DNA of 64,000 bases from Bacilli bacterium (GTDB lineage Bacteria; Bacillota_I; Bacilli_A; RFN20; CAG-826). Of the stretch, positions 1 through 9,978 are shown piece by piece; the first letter of the stretch is position 1, and every line of letters begins with the position of its first letter. The position numbers were made by a program, and so were the translations under genes. The notes under the pieces were generated by a model. It made no database searches, was not told where the DNA came from, and saw only the letters and a program-made list of their open reading frames with translations. The DNA lies in contig JAKSUL010000001.1 of NCBI GenBank assembly GCA_024409055.1, positions 36,490 to 100,489 on the forward strand. Direction: 5' to 3'.

Positions 1-363
1 GTATAGACAAGTCCCCTCAGCATTTAAAGCATCCAGTGAAAGGGCGTGCTTCTCGCCATGTGGGAAAACGATTTTTTTCGCCTCTTTGTATATGTCTTGG
101 GCAATGCAGCTTCTGAAGTAGGCGCGAAAATACCCTTTCAGCAAATCGTAGTTTGGGACAATCGTGCTGAATGAAGAGATGAAAATAAATTGCAGGTCGG
201 TGATGTCGACCGAGGTACGAAGGTTCGAAACGAAAGAATCTGGCCATTTATAGATCTGCTGGTAGCGGTTGAATAAAACTTCATAAGCTTTCTCAACGCC
301 AAGCCAAATCAAAATGATCAGCTCTTCGTCTGTCAAACCCCCATAAAGTTGAGGTTTTTTCAT
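1..363 (-). CDS. sigma-70 family RNA polymerase sigma factor, SigH-like (5' part; C-terminus runs off window start)
   Basis: Own translation of minus strand from ATG at 363 to position 1 is stop-free: MKKPQLYGGLTDEELIILIWLGVEKAYEVLFNRYQQIY..., resembling sigma region 2 of B. subtilis SigH. Position downstream of cysS-rlmB matches the conserved cysS-yacO-sigH neighbourhood. Not in ORF track because no stop inside window. Confidence 0.5.
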   Translation of the reverse strand, partial: MKKPQLYGGLTDEELIILIWLGVEKAYEVLFNRYQQIYKWPDSFVSNLRTSVDITDLQFIFISSFSTIVPNYDLLKGYFRAYFRSCIAQDIYKEAKKIVFPHGEKHALSLDALNAEGTCLY

Positions 364-384
364 AATGATATATGTATTGGTTAA

Positions 385-1095
385 TTACTTTCTTTTTACG
401 GAAACGATACTAAGAAAAACGGCGGTAGCAACGGAGGCATTAAGCGAGTTAATGTGACCCACCATTGGTATCTTCGCTATGAAATCACTGTTGCGGAGAA
501 CAAGATTGGAAATGCCAAATCCCTCGCTTCCGATAATTAGGACAATTGGACATTTATAATCTATTTCATCGTAATACTGGGTGGCGGTGCCATCACTTGC
601 AACCACCCAATACCCGTTTTCCTTAAACGTTTTTATCGCTTGGGACAAATTGGAAACTTGAGCGACCTTGACCCAATTGATAGCCCCAGTGGAAACCTTG
701 GCCACGGTGGCGTTTAGAGGCGCTTCGCCTCTTTTCTTCATAACGATGCCGGACACGCCAAAAGCATCGCATGAGCGAAGGATGGCGCCGACATTGTGCG
801 GATCTTCTATTCCGTCCAGCATCAACACAAGCGGATACTTCTCTTTTTTGCCGGCGGCGATTATTTCTTCGACCGTAGAAAGGCCGAATTCTTTAGAAAA
901 AGCCACAAAGCCTTGATGAGAATCGGTTTTGGAGATTTTAGCTAAATCCCCTTCTTTCACGAATTCGACGCGAACCTTGTTGGCTTTAGCCATCTTGACC
1001 AGTTCGTCATTAGCAAAACGATCCAAAGTCAAAAGCTTTTCAATATTTGAGGCCTTTAAGCCTTCACGTATAGTGTTTTTTCCGTAGACGATCAT
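385..1095 (-). CDS. rlmB: 23S rRNA (guanosine-2'-O)-methyltransferase, TrmH/SpoU family (RlmB/YacO-like)
   Basis: 236 aa; SpoU methylase motifs (…LMLDGIEDPHNVGAILRS…, …IGSEGFGIS…); conserved position after cysS. Confidence 0.85.
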   Translation of the reverse strand: MIVYGKNTIREGLKASNIEKLLTLDRFANDELVKMAKANKVRVEFVKEGDLAKISKTDSHQGFVAFSKEFGLSTVEEIIAAGKKEKYPLVLMLDGIEDPHNVGAILRSCDAFGVSGIVMKKRGEAPLNATVAKVSTGAINWVKVAQVSNLSQAIKTFKENGYWVVASDGTATQYYDEIDYKCPIVLIIGSEGFGISNLVLRNSDFIAKIPMVGHINSLNASVATAVFLSIVSVKRK

Positions 1096-1100
1096 AAAGA

Positions 1101-1874
1101 TTAAGAAATTGTGGAGACGTTGATTTCAAGAGGACGAATGGTTCCTCTAAGTTCCTCAACGAAGGGAAGAACGTTAGCCTGTGTGTGATAGGACAAGCGG
1201 CAAGACATGCGAAGAGCCGGTTGATCTTGGTAATTCACTATCTCAGTAGATGTGTTATGAAGCGTGATGCCATAACGCGCGGCAGTAGCGAGGATATCTT
1301 TCAAGCAGTTGGAATCGCTAGAAAATACAATGGTGAGAATTGGGTTCTTCTTAGAAGCGAATTTTTCAACGCGACGGAGGTTGATAAGGGCCACCATGGC
1401 GATTAACGTCGCCGCTGTAGCGATAACGTAGTTGCCAGATCCGCAGCATAGACCGATGGCCATACACATCCAAATAGTCGTTGCCGTGGTAAGGCCCCTG
1501 ACCGAGATTCCGTTTTGGACGATGGCGCCAGCGCCTAAGAAACCGATGCCGGTGATGACCTGGGCGGCCAAACGGGCGGGGTCGCGGTTTGAACCGGCGG
1601 CAGAGGAGGAGGCGGAAGCGTCCCAAACCCTGAAACCGTAAATCGATATTGTCATGATAAGGGCCGAACCCAAAGCGATGAGGATGTGGGTCCTTAATCC
1701 GGCGTTATGTCCGTGGTATTCACGTTCATAACCGATGATACCGGCGAGAACAATAGTCATGAAGAAAGCCAAGGCGATGGCAAGGATGTTTCCAACGATG
1801 CCTCCGCTAAAGTTGGTTCCAAAATCAGTGTTGAACCAATTCAGAATGATTTGATCGATTGTTGTAGCCGGCAT
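1101..1874 (-). CDS. MgtC/SapB family membrane protein with C-terminal ACT-like domain
   Basis: 257 aa; N-terminal 4-5 TM segments, DPARLAAQ motif typical of the MgtC family, C-terminal soluble domain. Confidence 0.7.
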   Translation of the reverse strand: MPATTIDQIILNWFNTDFGTNFSGGIVGNILAIALAFFMTIVLAGIIGYEREYHGHNAGLRTHILIALGSALIMTISIYGFRVWDASASSSAAGSNRDPARLAAQVITGIGFLGAGAIVQNGISVRGLTTATTIWMCMAIGLCCGSGNYVIATAATLIAMVALINLRRVEKFASKKNPILTIVFSSDSNCLKDILATAARYGITLHNTSTEIVNYQDQPALRMSCRLSYHTQANVLPFVEELRGTIRPLEINVSTIS

Positions 1875-1883
1875 GATTCCTCC

Positions 1884-3230
1884 TTAAAGAATGCCGTGCT
1901 TAGACAAGGTGGCGCGGAGTTCGTCGCTCCTAGCGAAATCCTTGGCAGCTTTGGCTTCTTGATATTTTAGATAAAGATTTAAATCTTCTTCATTCATGTG
2001 TGGGTGTCCAATCGGTAAGCCAAGAACATTTAGATAATCCTTTAGCTTAGCAAACGATTTCGAAGCGGCTTCAAGATTCAAAGGGCGAGTCCTGATAGCC
2101 ATATTCGCCGTTTTGACTTCTTCGTAAAGAATGGATAAGGCGTTCGGGGTATTGAGGTCGTCGCAAAGAGCGTCCAAGAAAGCGTCTTCGTTTTCAGGAA
2201 CAAGCTTTTCGACGTCGATTCCGTTAGTTTCAAGTAGAACCGCGAGTTGTTTCATGACGGTCTTAAGTTTGTTGACGTTGGCCACCGCTTCCTTAAAGGT
2301 ATCCTCCGAGAAAGAAACAGGGGCTCTATAGTGGGCATTAAGAATGACAAGCCTCATGGCTTCTCCGCCATAAGCGGCCACCACATCCTTGGTCAACATA
2401 ACATTGCCTAAGGACTTGGACATTTTTTCGTTATTGATGTTAACAAATCCGTTATGCATCCAATAATTGGCGAGTTTGTTGCCGTTATGGGCCTCGCTTT
2501 GGGCGATTTCGTTCTCATGGTGCGGGAATTTAAGGTCAAATCCGCCGCCATGGATATCGATCAATCCGTTTTGGTCGCGGAAGATCGAGTCGATCATAAC
2601 GCAGCATTCAGTGTGCCATCCTGGACGCCCGCAGGACCATTTGGTATCCCATTTGATGCCTTCCTCGGTCTTTTTCCACAAAGTGAAATCAATCGGGGAT
2701 TCTTTCTTTGAGTTGACCTCGATCCTGGCGCCGTTTAATAACGATTCAACGGTGTTTCCGGACAATGTTCCATAATCGTGAGCCTGGGAGATGCGGAAAT
2801 ACACATCGCCATCAGCCTCGTAAGCCGCTCCTTTTTGGACCAATTCATCGATGTATTTGATAATCTGCGGCATATAGACGGTTGGACGAGGCTTGTAATC
2901 CGGCTGCATGGAACCAACCGCATCAACTAAGGAGGCAAACTCTTTGATGACTCTTTCAGTCAATTCTTTTTCGGTGATGCCCTCTTTTTTGGCTTCGTTA
3001 ATTATCTTGTCGTCTACGTCGGTGTAATTGGAGACGAAAGTGACTTGATATCCAAGCTTAATTAGGACGCGTCTTAAAACGTCAAAAGAAATAACGGGGC
3101 GGAAATTGCCGACGTGTGGAGAGCTGTAAACAGTTGGGCCGCAAACGTAGATTGAAGCTTTTCCAGGAACTATTGGATGAAAGTCTTCGACCTTAGCGGT
3201 CATTGAATTGTAAATTCGAAGGTTTTTCAT
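1884..3230 (-). CDS. cysS: cysteine--tRNA ligase
   Basis: 448 aa; class I aaRS with HVGN (HIGH-type) and KMSKS motifs, zinc-binding Cys; N-terminus CGPTVY. Confidence 0.95.
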   Translation of the reverse strand: MKNLRIYNSMTAKVEDFHPIVPGKASIYVCGPTVYSSPHVGNFRPVISFDVLRRVLIKLGYQVTFVSNYTDVDDKIINEAKKEGITEKELTERVIKEFASLVDAVGSMQPDYKPRPTVYMPQIIKYIDELVQKGAAYEADGDVYFRISQAHDYGTLSGNTVESLLNGARIEVNSKKESPIDFTLWKKTEEGIKWDTKWSCGRPGWHTECCVMIDSIFRDQNGLIDIHGGGFDLKFPHHENEIAQSEAHNGNKLANYWMHNGFVNINNEKMSKSLGNVMLTKDVVAAYGGEAMRLVILNAHYRAPVSFSEDTFKEAVANVNKLKTVMKQLAVLLETNGIDVEKLVPENEDAFLDALCDDLNTPNALSILYEEVKTANMAIRTRPLNLEAASKSFAKLKDYLNVLGLPIGHPHMNEEDLNLYLKYQEAKAAKDFARSDELRATLSKHGIL

Positions 3231-3267
3231 AATCTAATTCTAGCATAGTAAAAAGAAGGCGAGGAAC

Positions 3268-3912
3268 TTATAGCAAAGAAACTAATTCATTTATTGAATT
3301 AATGTGATATTTTGCCGGTTCATTCCCTTTTAGATGCCCATATCCATACGAAACTAAAGCGCAGTCAACACCGACGTTTTGCGCCGTTTTGAGATCGACC
3401 ATGGAATCGCCGATCCAAAGAATCGAATTTTTGTCCAATTTCTCTTTTTCGATCAGCTTATTGCTGACGCTTGGGTCTGGCTTATGGGGTATTCCGTCTA
3501 TTTGGCCACGTATCTCGTCGATGATGTTATCTCCTATTTTTGCCCTCACTATCTCTTGAGCGAGGCGGTTTGGCTTAGTGGTAATGACGTAAAGCTTAAC
3601 GCCTTTTCTTTTGGCATCTTTTAAAAATTCCACCACTCCATCATATGGCTTAGAAGTGTCACATTGGAATTCTTCGTAATACTTAAGGTAAAAGGGTCTA
3701 AGCCTATCGATTTTCTCCTCGTCATTCCCTTCTTCTTGAAGAGCTTTCTTTATGAAGGCAAGCGCTCCACCACCAATAAGATTCATGGCTTCTTCAACTG
3801 AGTAGCGATAGGGAAAGGAGGCGTCTTCCATCGCTTGGTTGATGGCTCTAGTGATATCAGGAAGGGTATCGATGATCGTGCCATCTAAATCAAATATCAA
3901 TGCGTTATACAT
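3268..3912 (-). CDS. HAD-superfamily hydrolase (phosphoglycolate phosphatase/PpaX-like)
   Basis: 214 aa; motif I FDLDGTIIDT at N-terminus, motif IV IGDSMVD. Confidence 0.75.
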   Translation of the reverse strand: MYNALIFDLDGTIIDTLPDITRAINQAMEDASFPYRYSVEEAMNLIGGGALAFIKKALQEEGNDEEKIDRLRPFYLKYYEEFQCDTSKPYDGVVEFLKDAKRKGVKLYVITTKPNRLAQEIVRAKIGDNIIDEIRGQIDGIPHKPDPSVSNKLIEKEKLDKNSILWIGDSMVDLKTAQNVGVDCALVSYGYGHLKGNEPAKYHINSINELVSLL

Positions 3913-4046
3913 GAGTATATTCTAGCAAATATTATTAGGCTGGTTTCCCATATTCTAAGGCGCGATGAATAAAAAGGCCGATATCTTAAGGGAGAATGGG
4001 CGAAAACGCCTCAAAAGGGCTAAAAATGCGTTTTTACGGCAAAAGA

Positions 4047-4078
4047 AAAAGCCCCTAGCGAACTAGAGGCTTAATTTG
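4047..4078 (-). terminator. rho-independent terminator downstream of rplQ (end of alpha operon)
   Basis: Minus-strand reading: agcctctag-ttcg-ctaggggct hairpin followed by ttttctttt. Confidence 0.5.
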
Positions 4079-4088
4079 GACGTACCAA

Positions 4089-4490
4089 TTAGTCGACCCA
4101 GGTGATGAGGACGACTTCAGCGTTGTCGCCACGACGGGCACCGAGCTTATAAGCCCTGGTGTATCCACCGTTGCGTTCTTTGAACTTCGGTCCGATCTCG
4201 TCGAAGAGGACGGCGAGGGCTTCTTTGCCTTCGGCGTTGACGATGCCCGGACGGACGACGCGAGCGGCCTGCCTACGAGCGGCGAGGTCACCCTTCTTGG
4301 CGAAGGTGACGAGGTTCTCGGCTAAAGAGACAAGCTCTTTCTTGACGCCAGAGGTGACTTCGACCTTTCCGTAAACGATGAGTTCGGTAACGACGTTGCG
4401 GAGCATCGACTTGTTCTTCGAAGCGGTATAAGCCGCTTTGAAGCGGACGCCGGTTTTTCCGTGGACGTTCTTTCTTCCTTGTGCTGCCAT
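4089..4490 (-). CDS. rplQ: 50S ribosomal protein L17
   Basis: 133 aa; …GDLAARRQAARVVR…GGYTRAYKLGARRGDNAEVVL… typical of L17; about 13-aa N-terminal extension. Confidence 0.9.
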   Translation of the reverse strand: MAAQGRKNVHGKTGVRFKAAYTASKNKSMLRNVVTELIVYGKVEVTSGVKKELVSLAENLVTFAKKGDLAARRQAARVVRPGIVNAEGKEALAVLFDEIGPKFKERNGGYTRAYKLGARRGDNAEVVLITWVD

Positions 4491-4493
4491 TTT

Positions 4494-5516
4494 TTATTCT
4501 CCTACGTAATCGCGGAAGTGGAGCCCGATGGAAGCGAGCTTCTCTTTGACTTCCTTAAGCGACTTCTTGCCCAAGTTGCGGACCTTCATCATCTCTTCCT
4601 CGGATCTCTGGGTGAGTTCCATGACGGTGGAGATGCCAGCCCTCTTGAGGCAGTTGTTGCTACGGACGCTGAGGTCGAGTTCTTCGATCATGACGCCCTG
4701 ATATTTGTCTTCTTCGACCGGTTTCTCATCTTTGGTGGTCTTGATATTCATGACCTTTTCATCAAGTCCGATGAACTTGTTGAAGTGATCGATGAGGAGG
4801 CGGGAGGCAAGAGCCACCGCTTCATGCGGCTTCGTCGAACCATTGGTGTAAAGTTCGATCGAGAGGCTGTCGAATGAGGAGTCGTGGCCGACGCGGGTCG
4901 GCTCGACGAGGTAAGAGCATTTGACGACCGGTGAGAAGTTGGAGTCAGTATAGATGACGCCAACACTCTTTCCGACGTTGTGCTCAATTTTGTTGATGTT
5001 GCTGGTGACGTATCCACGGCCACGGGTGGCGTAGATGGTCATGACGAGGCGTCCGCCTTGGGAAAGGTGAGCGATCTCGAGTTCCGGATTGATGACCTTG
5101 ACAAAGGCGCTTTCCGGGAGGTTTCCAGCGGTGAGAGTACGGATTCCGTGCTCGTCGACCGGAAGGTCAAGTTTATCGGTGTCGATTTCGATCTTCTTCG
5201 GCTCGTTGTGTGGATCGTCGATCTTCAAAACGAGTTCTTTGAGATTGAGGATGATACCGGTGACGTCTTCGAGGACGCCTTCGACAGGGGTGAATTCATG
5301 ACGAACGCCTTCGATTTCGACGGCATAGACGCTAGCACCATCAAGGGCGCTGAGCAAGACGCGGCGGAGGGCGTTACCAAGGGTAAGGCCGAAGCCCCTC
5401 TCAAGGGGTTTTACGACGATCTTGGCGTAGTTATTGGTTTCGTCATTGACCTCGATCTGAGCATCGATGTTCTCAAATGGACGAGGAAGCCTGTTTTCTT
5501 CAATTTTGGTTGCCAT
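4494..5516 (-). CDS. rpoA: DNA-directed RNA polymerase subunit alpha
   Basis: 340 aa; …ERGFGLTLGNALRRVLLS… NTD and C-terminal domain …NCLKRAGISTVMEL…. Confidence 0.95.
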   Translation of the reverse strand: MATKIEENRLPRPFENIDAQIEVNDETNNYAKIVVKPLERGFGLTLGNALRRVLLSALDGASVYAVEIEGVRHEFTPVEGVLEDVTGIILNLKELVLKIDDPHNEPKKIEIDTDKLDLPVDEHGIRTLTAGNLPESAFVKVINPELEIAHLSQGGRLVMTIYATRGRGYVTSNINKIEHNVGKSVGVIYTDSNFSPVVKCSYLVEPTRVGHDSSFDSLSIELYTNGSTKPHEAVALASRLLIDHFNKFIGLDEKVMNIKTTKDEKPVEEDKYQGVMIEELDLSVRSNNCLKRAGISTVMELTQRSEEEMMKVRNLGKKSLKEVKEKLASIGLHFRDYVGE

Positions 5517-5571
5517 TGTTGTGTGTTCCTCCTATATGGTTTCCGTTGTAGCGATTTGAAACGTCGTGGGA

Positions 5572-5976
5572 CTAGCCCCTCGGGCGCTTCGGAGGACGGC
5601 AGCCGTTGTGCGGGATCGGGGTGGTGTCGGTGATGGACAAGACCTGGAGTCCGGAAGCGGCGAGAGCACGGACGGCAGACTCACGGCCTGGGCCCGGGCC
5701 TTTGATGTCGACGTCGACCTGGCGGAGGCCTTGGTCATACGCGGACTTGGCAGCGGCTTCACCAGCGAGCTGAGCAGCGAACGGGGTGCTCTTCTTGGCG
5801 CCCTTGTAGCCAAGAGCTCCAGCGGAGCTCCAAGCAATGACGTTGCCCTGAACGTCGGTGATGGTGACGATGGTGTTGTTGAAAGTGCTGTGGACGTGGG
5901 CGACTCCCTTAGTATAGGAGCGCTTGATCTTTTTCTTACGAGCAGAGGTCGCTTTGGTTTTCTTAGTTGCAGCCAT
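5572..5976 (-). CDS. rpsK: 30S ribosomal protein S11
   Basis: 134 aa; …[16 protein letters not shown]…[13 protein letters not shown]…HNGCRPPKR. Confidence 0.95.
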   Translation of the reverse strand: MAATKKTKATSARKKKIKRSYTKGVAHVHSTFNNTIVTITDVQGNVIAWSSAGALGYKGAKKSTPFAAQLAGEAAAKSAYDQGLRQVDVDIKGPGPGRESAVRALAASGLQVLSITDTTPIPHNGCRPPKRPRG

Positions 5977-5990
5977 TGTTCTTTACCTCC

Positions 5991-6365
5991 TTACCTCGTG
6001 GCTTCCTTCTTGTTGGCGATGGTCTTTCTCTTACCTTTGCGGGTACGGGCATTGGTGCGAGTTCTCTGACCACGGCAGGGAAGGCCTCTCTTGTGGCGGA
6101 TGCCACGATAGCAACCGATTTCGGTTAAACGTTTGATGTTGAGGGCAACCTCACGGCGGAGATCACCTTCGGTGCGGATCTTAGCAGCTTCGTTACGGAG
6201 AGCGGTGAGCTGTTCATCGGTCAAATTCTTGACCCTGATGTCTTCGCTGACTCCAGCGGCTTCGCAGATCTTTTTGGCGGTGGTCAATCCGATACCATAG
6301 ATGTAGGTAAGGGAGATGACGACGCGTTTTTCATTTGGGATATCAACCCCGACAATACGTGCCAT
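5991..6365 (-). CDS. rpsM: 30S ribosomal protein S13
   Basis: 124 aa; [26 protein letters not shown]…. Confidence 0.95.
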   Translation of the reverse strand: MARIVGVDIPNEKRVVISLTYIYGIGLTTAKKICEAAGVSEDIRVKNLTDEQLTALRNEAAKIRTEGDLRREVALNIKRLTEIGCYRGIRHKRGLPCRGQRTRTNARTRKGKRKTIANKKEATR

Positions 6366-6390
6366 ATTGCTTAATTTTCCTTTCTATCGC

Positions 6391-6504
6391 TCAACCCTGG
6401 CGCTGTTTGTGCTTGGGGTTGGAGCAGATGACCATGACTTTGCCATGGCGCCTAATGACTTTGCACTTGTCACAGATAGGCTTGACTGACGGTCTGACTT
6501 TCAT
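6391..6504 (-). CDS. rpmJ: 50S ribosomal protein L36
   Basis: Not in ORF track (37 aa). Own translation: [37 protein letters not shown], stop TGA; canonical L36 with Cys zinc ribbon. Confidence 0.9.
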   Translation of the reverse strand: MKVRPSVKPICDKCKVIRRHGKVMVICSNPKHKQRQG

Positions 6505-6518
6505 GTGTAGACGCTCCT

Positions 6519-6740
6519 TTAGTTTTTGTAGCGGAATGTGATTCGCCCGCGTGTTAAATCATACGGTGAGAATTGGACGGTGACTCTATCGCCGGGGAGA
6601 ATGCGGATGTAATGCATCCGGATTTTGCCCGAAACGCAGGCTAGACACTCGTGTCCATTGGCGAGTTTCACCTTAAACATTGTGTTGGGAAGGCATTCCA
6701 ACACGGTCGCCTCGACTTCAATGCAATCTTCTTTGCTCAA
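6519..6740 (-). CDS. infA: translation initiation factor IF-1
   Basis: 73 aa; S1-like OB fold, …[16 protein letters not shown]…. Confidence 0.95.
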   Translation of the reverse strand: MSKEDCIEVEATVLECLPNTMFKVKLANGHECLACVSGKIRMHYIRILPGDRVTVQFSPYDLTRGRITFRYKN

Positions 6741-6757
6741 AGTAGATTCTCCTTTCT

Positions 6758-7507
6758 TTAAAGCTTTGTGAGGATCTCGTAGCCGTCTTTGGTGACGACA
6801 AGCGAGTTCTCGTAGTGGCTGGTCAATTTGCCATCTTTCGATAGCGTCGTCCAGCCATCCTTAAGGGTCCTCACGTCGGCTTTCCCTTCAAGGATCATGG
6901 GTTCGATGGCTAAGGTCATACCCTCACATAAGATAGGACCCGTACCAGCTTTACCATAGTTTGGGATATAAGGATCTTCGTGGAGGTGGGTTCCAACGCC
7001 ATGTCCAGTGTAATCCCTGGGGACGTTGCAGCCGTAGCTCTTTGCGGTCCTTTCTATCTCCGCCTCGACATCGCCGAGGTGAACGCCGGCCTTTACTTTG
7101 GTCATGCCATTCCAGAAACACTCCTCAGCGACTTTAATCATCTTTAGAGCTCTTTCGGAACAGATTCCGCAAGCGAAGGTGCGGCAGGCGTCGCCGACAT
7201 ACCCATTAAGGGTCGCGCCGACGTCTATGGAAACGATGTCGCCATCCTTGAGAACTATTTTCTCGGACGGGATACCGTGAACCATAACTTCGTTGACCGA
7301 GATGCAAACTGCACCCGGGAAGCCTCCGTATCCGAGGAATGTCGGGATAGCACCCTCACCTCTTATTACCTTTTCGGCTTCATCATTAAGGTATTTCGTG
7401 GAAACGCCAGGTTTGACGAGCGGACCCACTTTTTCGAAGACCAACGCAACGACTCGTCCGGCCTTCTTCATGAGTTCGACTTCCCTAGGGGATTTGATGA
7501 TGATCAT
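6758..7507 (-). CDS. map: type I methionine aminopeptidase
   Basis: 249 aa; metal ligands in …[10 protein letters not shown]…, HGVGTHLHE, …EPM…. Confidence 0.95.
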   Translation of the reverse strand: MIIIKSPREVELMKKAGRVVALVFEKVGPLVKPGVSTKYLNDEAEKVIRGEGAIPTFLGYGGFPGAVCISVNEVMVHGIPSEKIVLKDGDIVSIDVGATLNGYVGDACRTFACGICSERALKMIKVAEECFWNGMTKVKAGVHLGDVEAEIERTAKSYGCNVPRDYTGHGVGTHLHEDPYIPNYGKAGTGPILCEGMTLAIEPMILEGKADVRTLKDGWTTLSKDGKLTSHYENSLVVTKDGYEILTKL

Positions 7508-8157
7508 TCAAGGCCCCTAAGGAGTTCGATTATCTCTTTCTTTAAGTCAGCCGGGTTTCCGACGCCGTTGAACGGATGGAGAAGACCAGCCTTCTTGTAG
7601 TAGTCGAGAAGCGGCTGAGTGGACTCATAGTAGTTCTTGAGTCTAACAGCGAAGCTTTCGGCATTGTCGTCTTTGCGCTGAATGAGTTCAGCACCGCACC
7701 TATCACAGATTCCTTCGACGGAAGGTTTCATGGTGTTGACGTTATAGGAAGCACCGCACTTTGGGCAGACACGGCGTCCAGCGATCCTCTCGATGAGGAC
7801 CTGATCCGGAACGGAGATGTCAATGACCGTGTTGACGGGACGTCCGATTTCCTCGCCGAGAGCCTTGAGGGCTTCGGCTTGAGGAATGGTGCGTGGGAAT
7901 CCGTCGAGAAGGTAGCCGTTGGCGCAGTCATCTTTGGAAAGACGATCTTTGACCATGGCGACCGTGATGTCATCGGGGACAAGATCGCCCCTATCGATGA
8001 TTTCCTTAGCTTTGCGGCCAAGCTCGGTTCCCTTGGAAATATTCTCACGGAACATATCGCCCGTGGAGATGTGCGGAATATGGAATTCGTCGACGATATC
8101 GACAGCCTGGGTTCCTTTGCCGGCTCCAGGCGGGCCCATTAGGATGATATTAAGCAT
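7504..8157 (-). CDS. adk: adenylate kinase (with Cys4 zinc lid)
   Basis: 217 aa; P-loop GPPGAGKGTQ; lid CPKCG…CDRCG. Confidence 0.95.
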   Translation of the reverse strand: MLNIILMGPPGAGKGTQAVDIVDEFHIPHISTGDMFRENISKGTELGRKAKEIIDRGDLVPDDITVAMVKDRLSKDDCANGYLLDGFPRTIPQAEALKALGEEIGRPVNTVIDISVPDQVLIERIAGRRVCPKCGASYNVNTMKPSVEGICDRCGAELIQRKDDNAESFAVRLKNYYESTQPLLDYYKKAGLLHPFNGVGNPADLKKEIIELLRGLE

Positions 8158-9527
8158 TAGATTGATACTCCTTGGACTTCTTCGAACGATTTTCCAGCAA
8201 GCAAGCCATCGATCTGGGCGTTAACCTCGATACAGACACCAACGATAATGATCATTGATGTACCACCGATCGCGAGGCTGCTGTCGTTTCCGAAGACGTT
8301 AGTCATAACCAATATATTCGGGAGCGCGCTGATGAAGGCCAACGCAATCGCACCGATGCAGGTGATCCTGTTGAGGACTTTTCCAACGTACTTCTCGGTT
8401 TCTTTGCCCGGGCGGATGCCAGGGATATAAGAACCGTTCTTTTGGAAGTTGTCCGCCAACTGTTCAGGGTCGATTTGCATTTGAGCGTAGAAGAAGGTGA
8501 ACGCGACGATTAGAACGATGTAGATGATGAGACCCCAAGGCATTTTCCAAGTATCGCCATCCAAGGTTTTCATCTCGAATAGGGTGCTATAAGAGAAGAT
8601 ACCAAGCCATTCGGCCTTACCGGCATCGCTAGAAATGAAGGAAGCGATGACGGACGGAGCCATCATGATGGAGGAAGCGAAGATGACCGGGATAACACCA
8701 GCGGAGTTCACTTTTAACGGCAAGAACGAAGCCTTGCTCATAGCGGCGCTTGGGCCGCTCTTTCCGGCGTGTTGGACCGGAATCTTCCTCTTCGAGAGCT
8801 CGATGAAGACAACGAAGCCCAAGATGAGGATATAGACGAGGATATAGAGAGCAAACTGAGCAGCTCCCTTGACCAACATTCCCGAGTCATCGAAGGAAGC
8901 GTTGGCGGTGATCCATTTGGACCACGCGTTGCTGATCTGAACCGGCAAGGAACGGATGCAGCCCGCGAAGATGACGATAGAGATGCCGTTTCCTAATCCT
9001 TTTTCGGTGATTTGGTCGCCGAGCCACATGACAAGCATGGTGCCAGCTAACATGATCACGACAAGGTAGGCGTAGCGCCAGAATCCGTCCACGCCCATAT
9101 TTGATAAATCGACGTAGTCGGAGTTTTCCATCGTCTTGATGATGCCGTAAGCCTGAACCGCTCCTAATAAGAGGGTGAGGTAACGGGTTGCCATCTCTTT
9201 CTTCTTACGGCCGTATTCACCTTGCTTAGATAACTCGGTGAGGGCCGGTAAGACGTCTTTGGACAGCAATTCGATGATGATCTGGGCGGTGATGTATGGC
9301 GAGACGCCGAGAGCAAACACGGAGAAGTTGCTAAGAGCACCACCTCCGAGGAGGTCCATGAGGGCAATGGCGTTAGCGCCGTTCATGGCGCCTTTGAGGG
9401 AGTCCTTAAGCTGGACGCCCGGCACCGTGATGGCCGCCCCGATCCTTATGACAAAGAGGATCATGACCGTGAAGAAAATACGGCCAACAATTTCTTTGTT
9501 TTTGAAGATCGAGACGAACTTTTTCAT
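8157..9527 (-). CDS. secY: preprotein translocase subunit SecY
   Basis: 456 aa; 10 TM helices; conserved position between rplO and adk. Confidence 0.95.
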   Translation of the reverse strand: MKKFVSIFKNKEIVGRIFFTVMILFVIRIGAAITVPGVQLKDSLKGAMNGANAIALMDLLGGGALSNFSVFALGVSPYITAQIIIELLSKDVLPALTELSKQGEYGRKKKEMATRYLTLLLGAVQAYGIIKTMENSDYVDLSNMGVDGFWRYAYLVVIMLAGTMLVMWLGDQITEKGLGNGISIVIFAGCIRSLPVQISNAWSKWITANASFDDSGMLVKGAAQFALYILVYILILGFVVFIELSKRKIPVQHAGKSGPSAAMSKASFLPLKVNSAGVIPVIFASSIMMAPSVIASFISSDAGKAEWLGIFSYSTLFEMKTLDGDTWKMPWGLIIYIVLIVAFTFFYAQMQIDPEQLADNFQKNGSYIPGIRPGKETEKYVGKVLNRITCIGAIALAFISALPNILVMTNVFGNDSSLAIGGTSMIIIVGVCIEVNAQIDGLLAGKSFEEVQGVSI

Positions 9528-9976
9528 TATTTAACCTCAGCTTTACCGCCTAAGTCTTCGATGGCTTTCTTAGCAGAAGCAGAGAAAGCGGCAGCGACGA
9601 CGGTGAGCTTGCGCTCTAAAGTGCCCTTACCGAGGATTTTAATACCATCGAGTTCTTTTTTCACGATTCCTTTTTCAAGAAGGACGGTCGCGTCAACGGT
9701 GTCTCCGTCTTTGAAGCAGTTGAGCTTGTCGACGTTGACGATGGCGTAAACGACTTTCCTATTCTTGTGGGATTTGCGGAAACCGAACTTCGGAAGACGG
9801 CGATAGAGCGGGGTCTGTCCGCCTTCGAATCCGCCTTTCTTGGTGTGGTTGTGGGCGCCCTGGCCTTTTTGGCCTTTGCCAGCGGTTTTGCCGTTTCCGG
9901 TTCCGCGGCCGCGTCCTTTAATGAACCTCTTGGCTTTGGAGCCTTCGGTCACTGTGAGTGTGCTTAGGGAAGACAT
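9527..9976 (-). CDS. rplO: 50S ribosomal protein L15
   Basis: 149 aa; G-rich N-terminus [20 protein letters not shown]. Confidence 0.95.
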   Translation of the reverse strand: MSSLSTLTVTEGSKAKRFIKGRGRGTGNGKTAGKGQKGQGAHNHTKKGGFEGGQTPLYRRLPKFGFRKSHKNRKVVYAIVNVDKLNCFKDGDTVDATVLLEKGIVKKELDGIKILGKGTLERKLTVVAAAFSASAKKAIEDLGGKAEVK

Positions 9977-9978
9977 GA

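Noticed and set aside
17-247. 76-aa minus-strand ORF from the track
   Set aside because: Different frame from the stop-free SigH-like reading frame covering the same DNA. Arg/His-rich nonsense composition.
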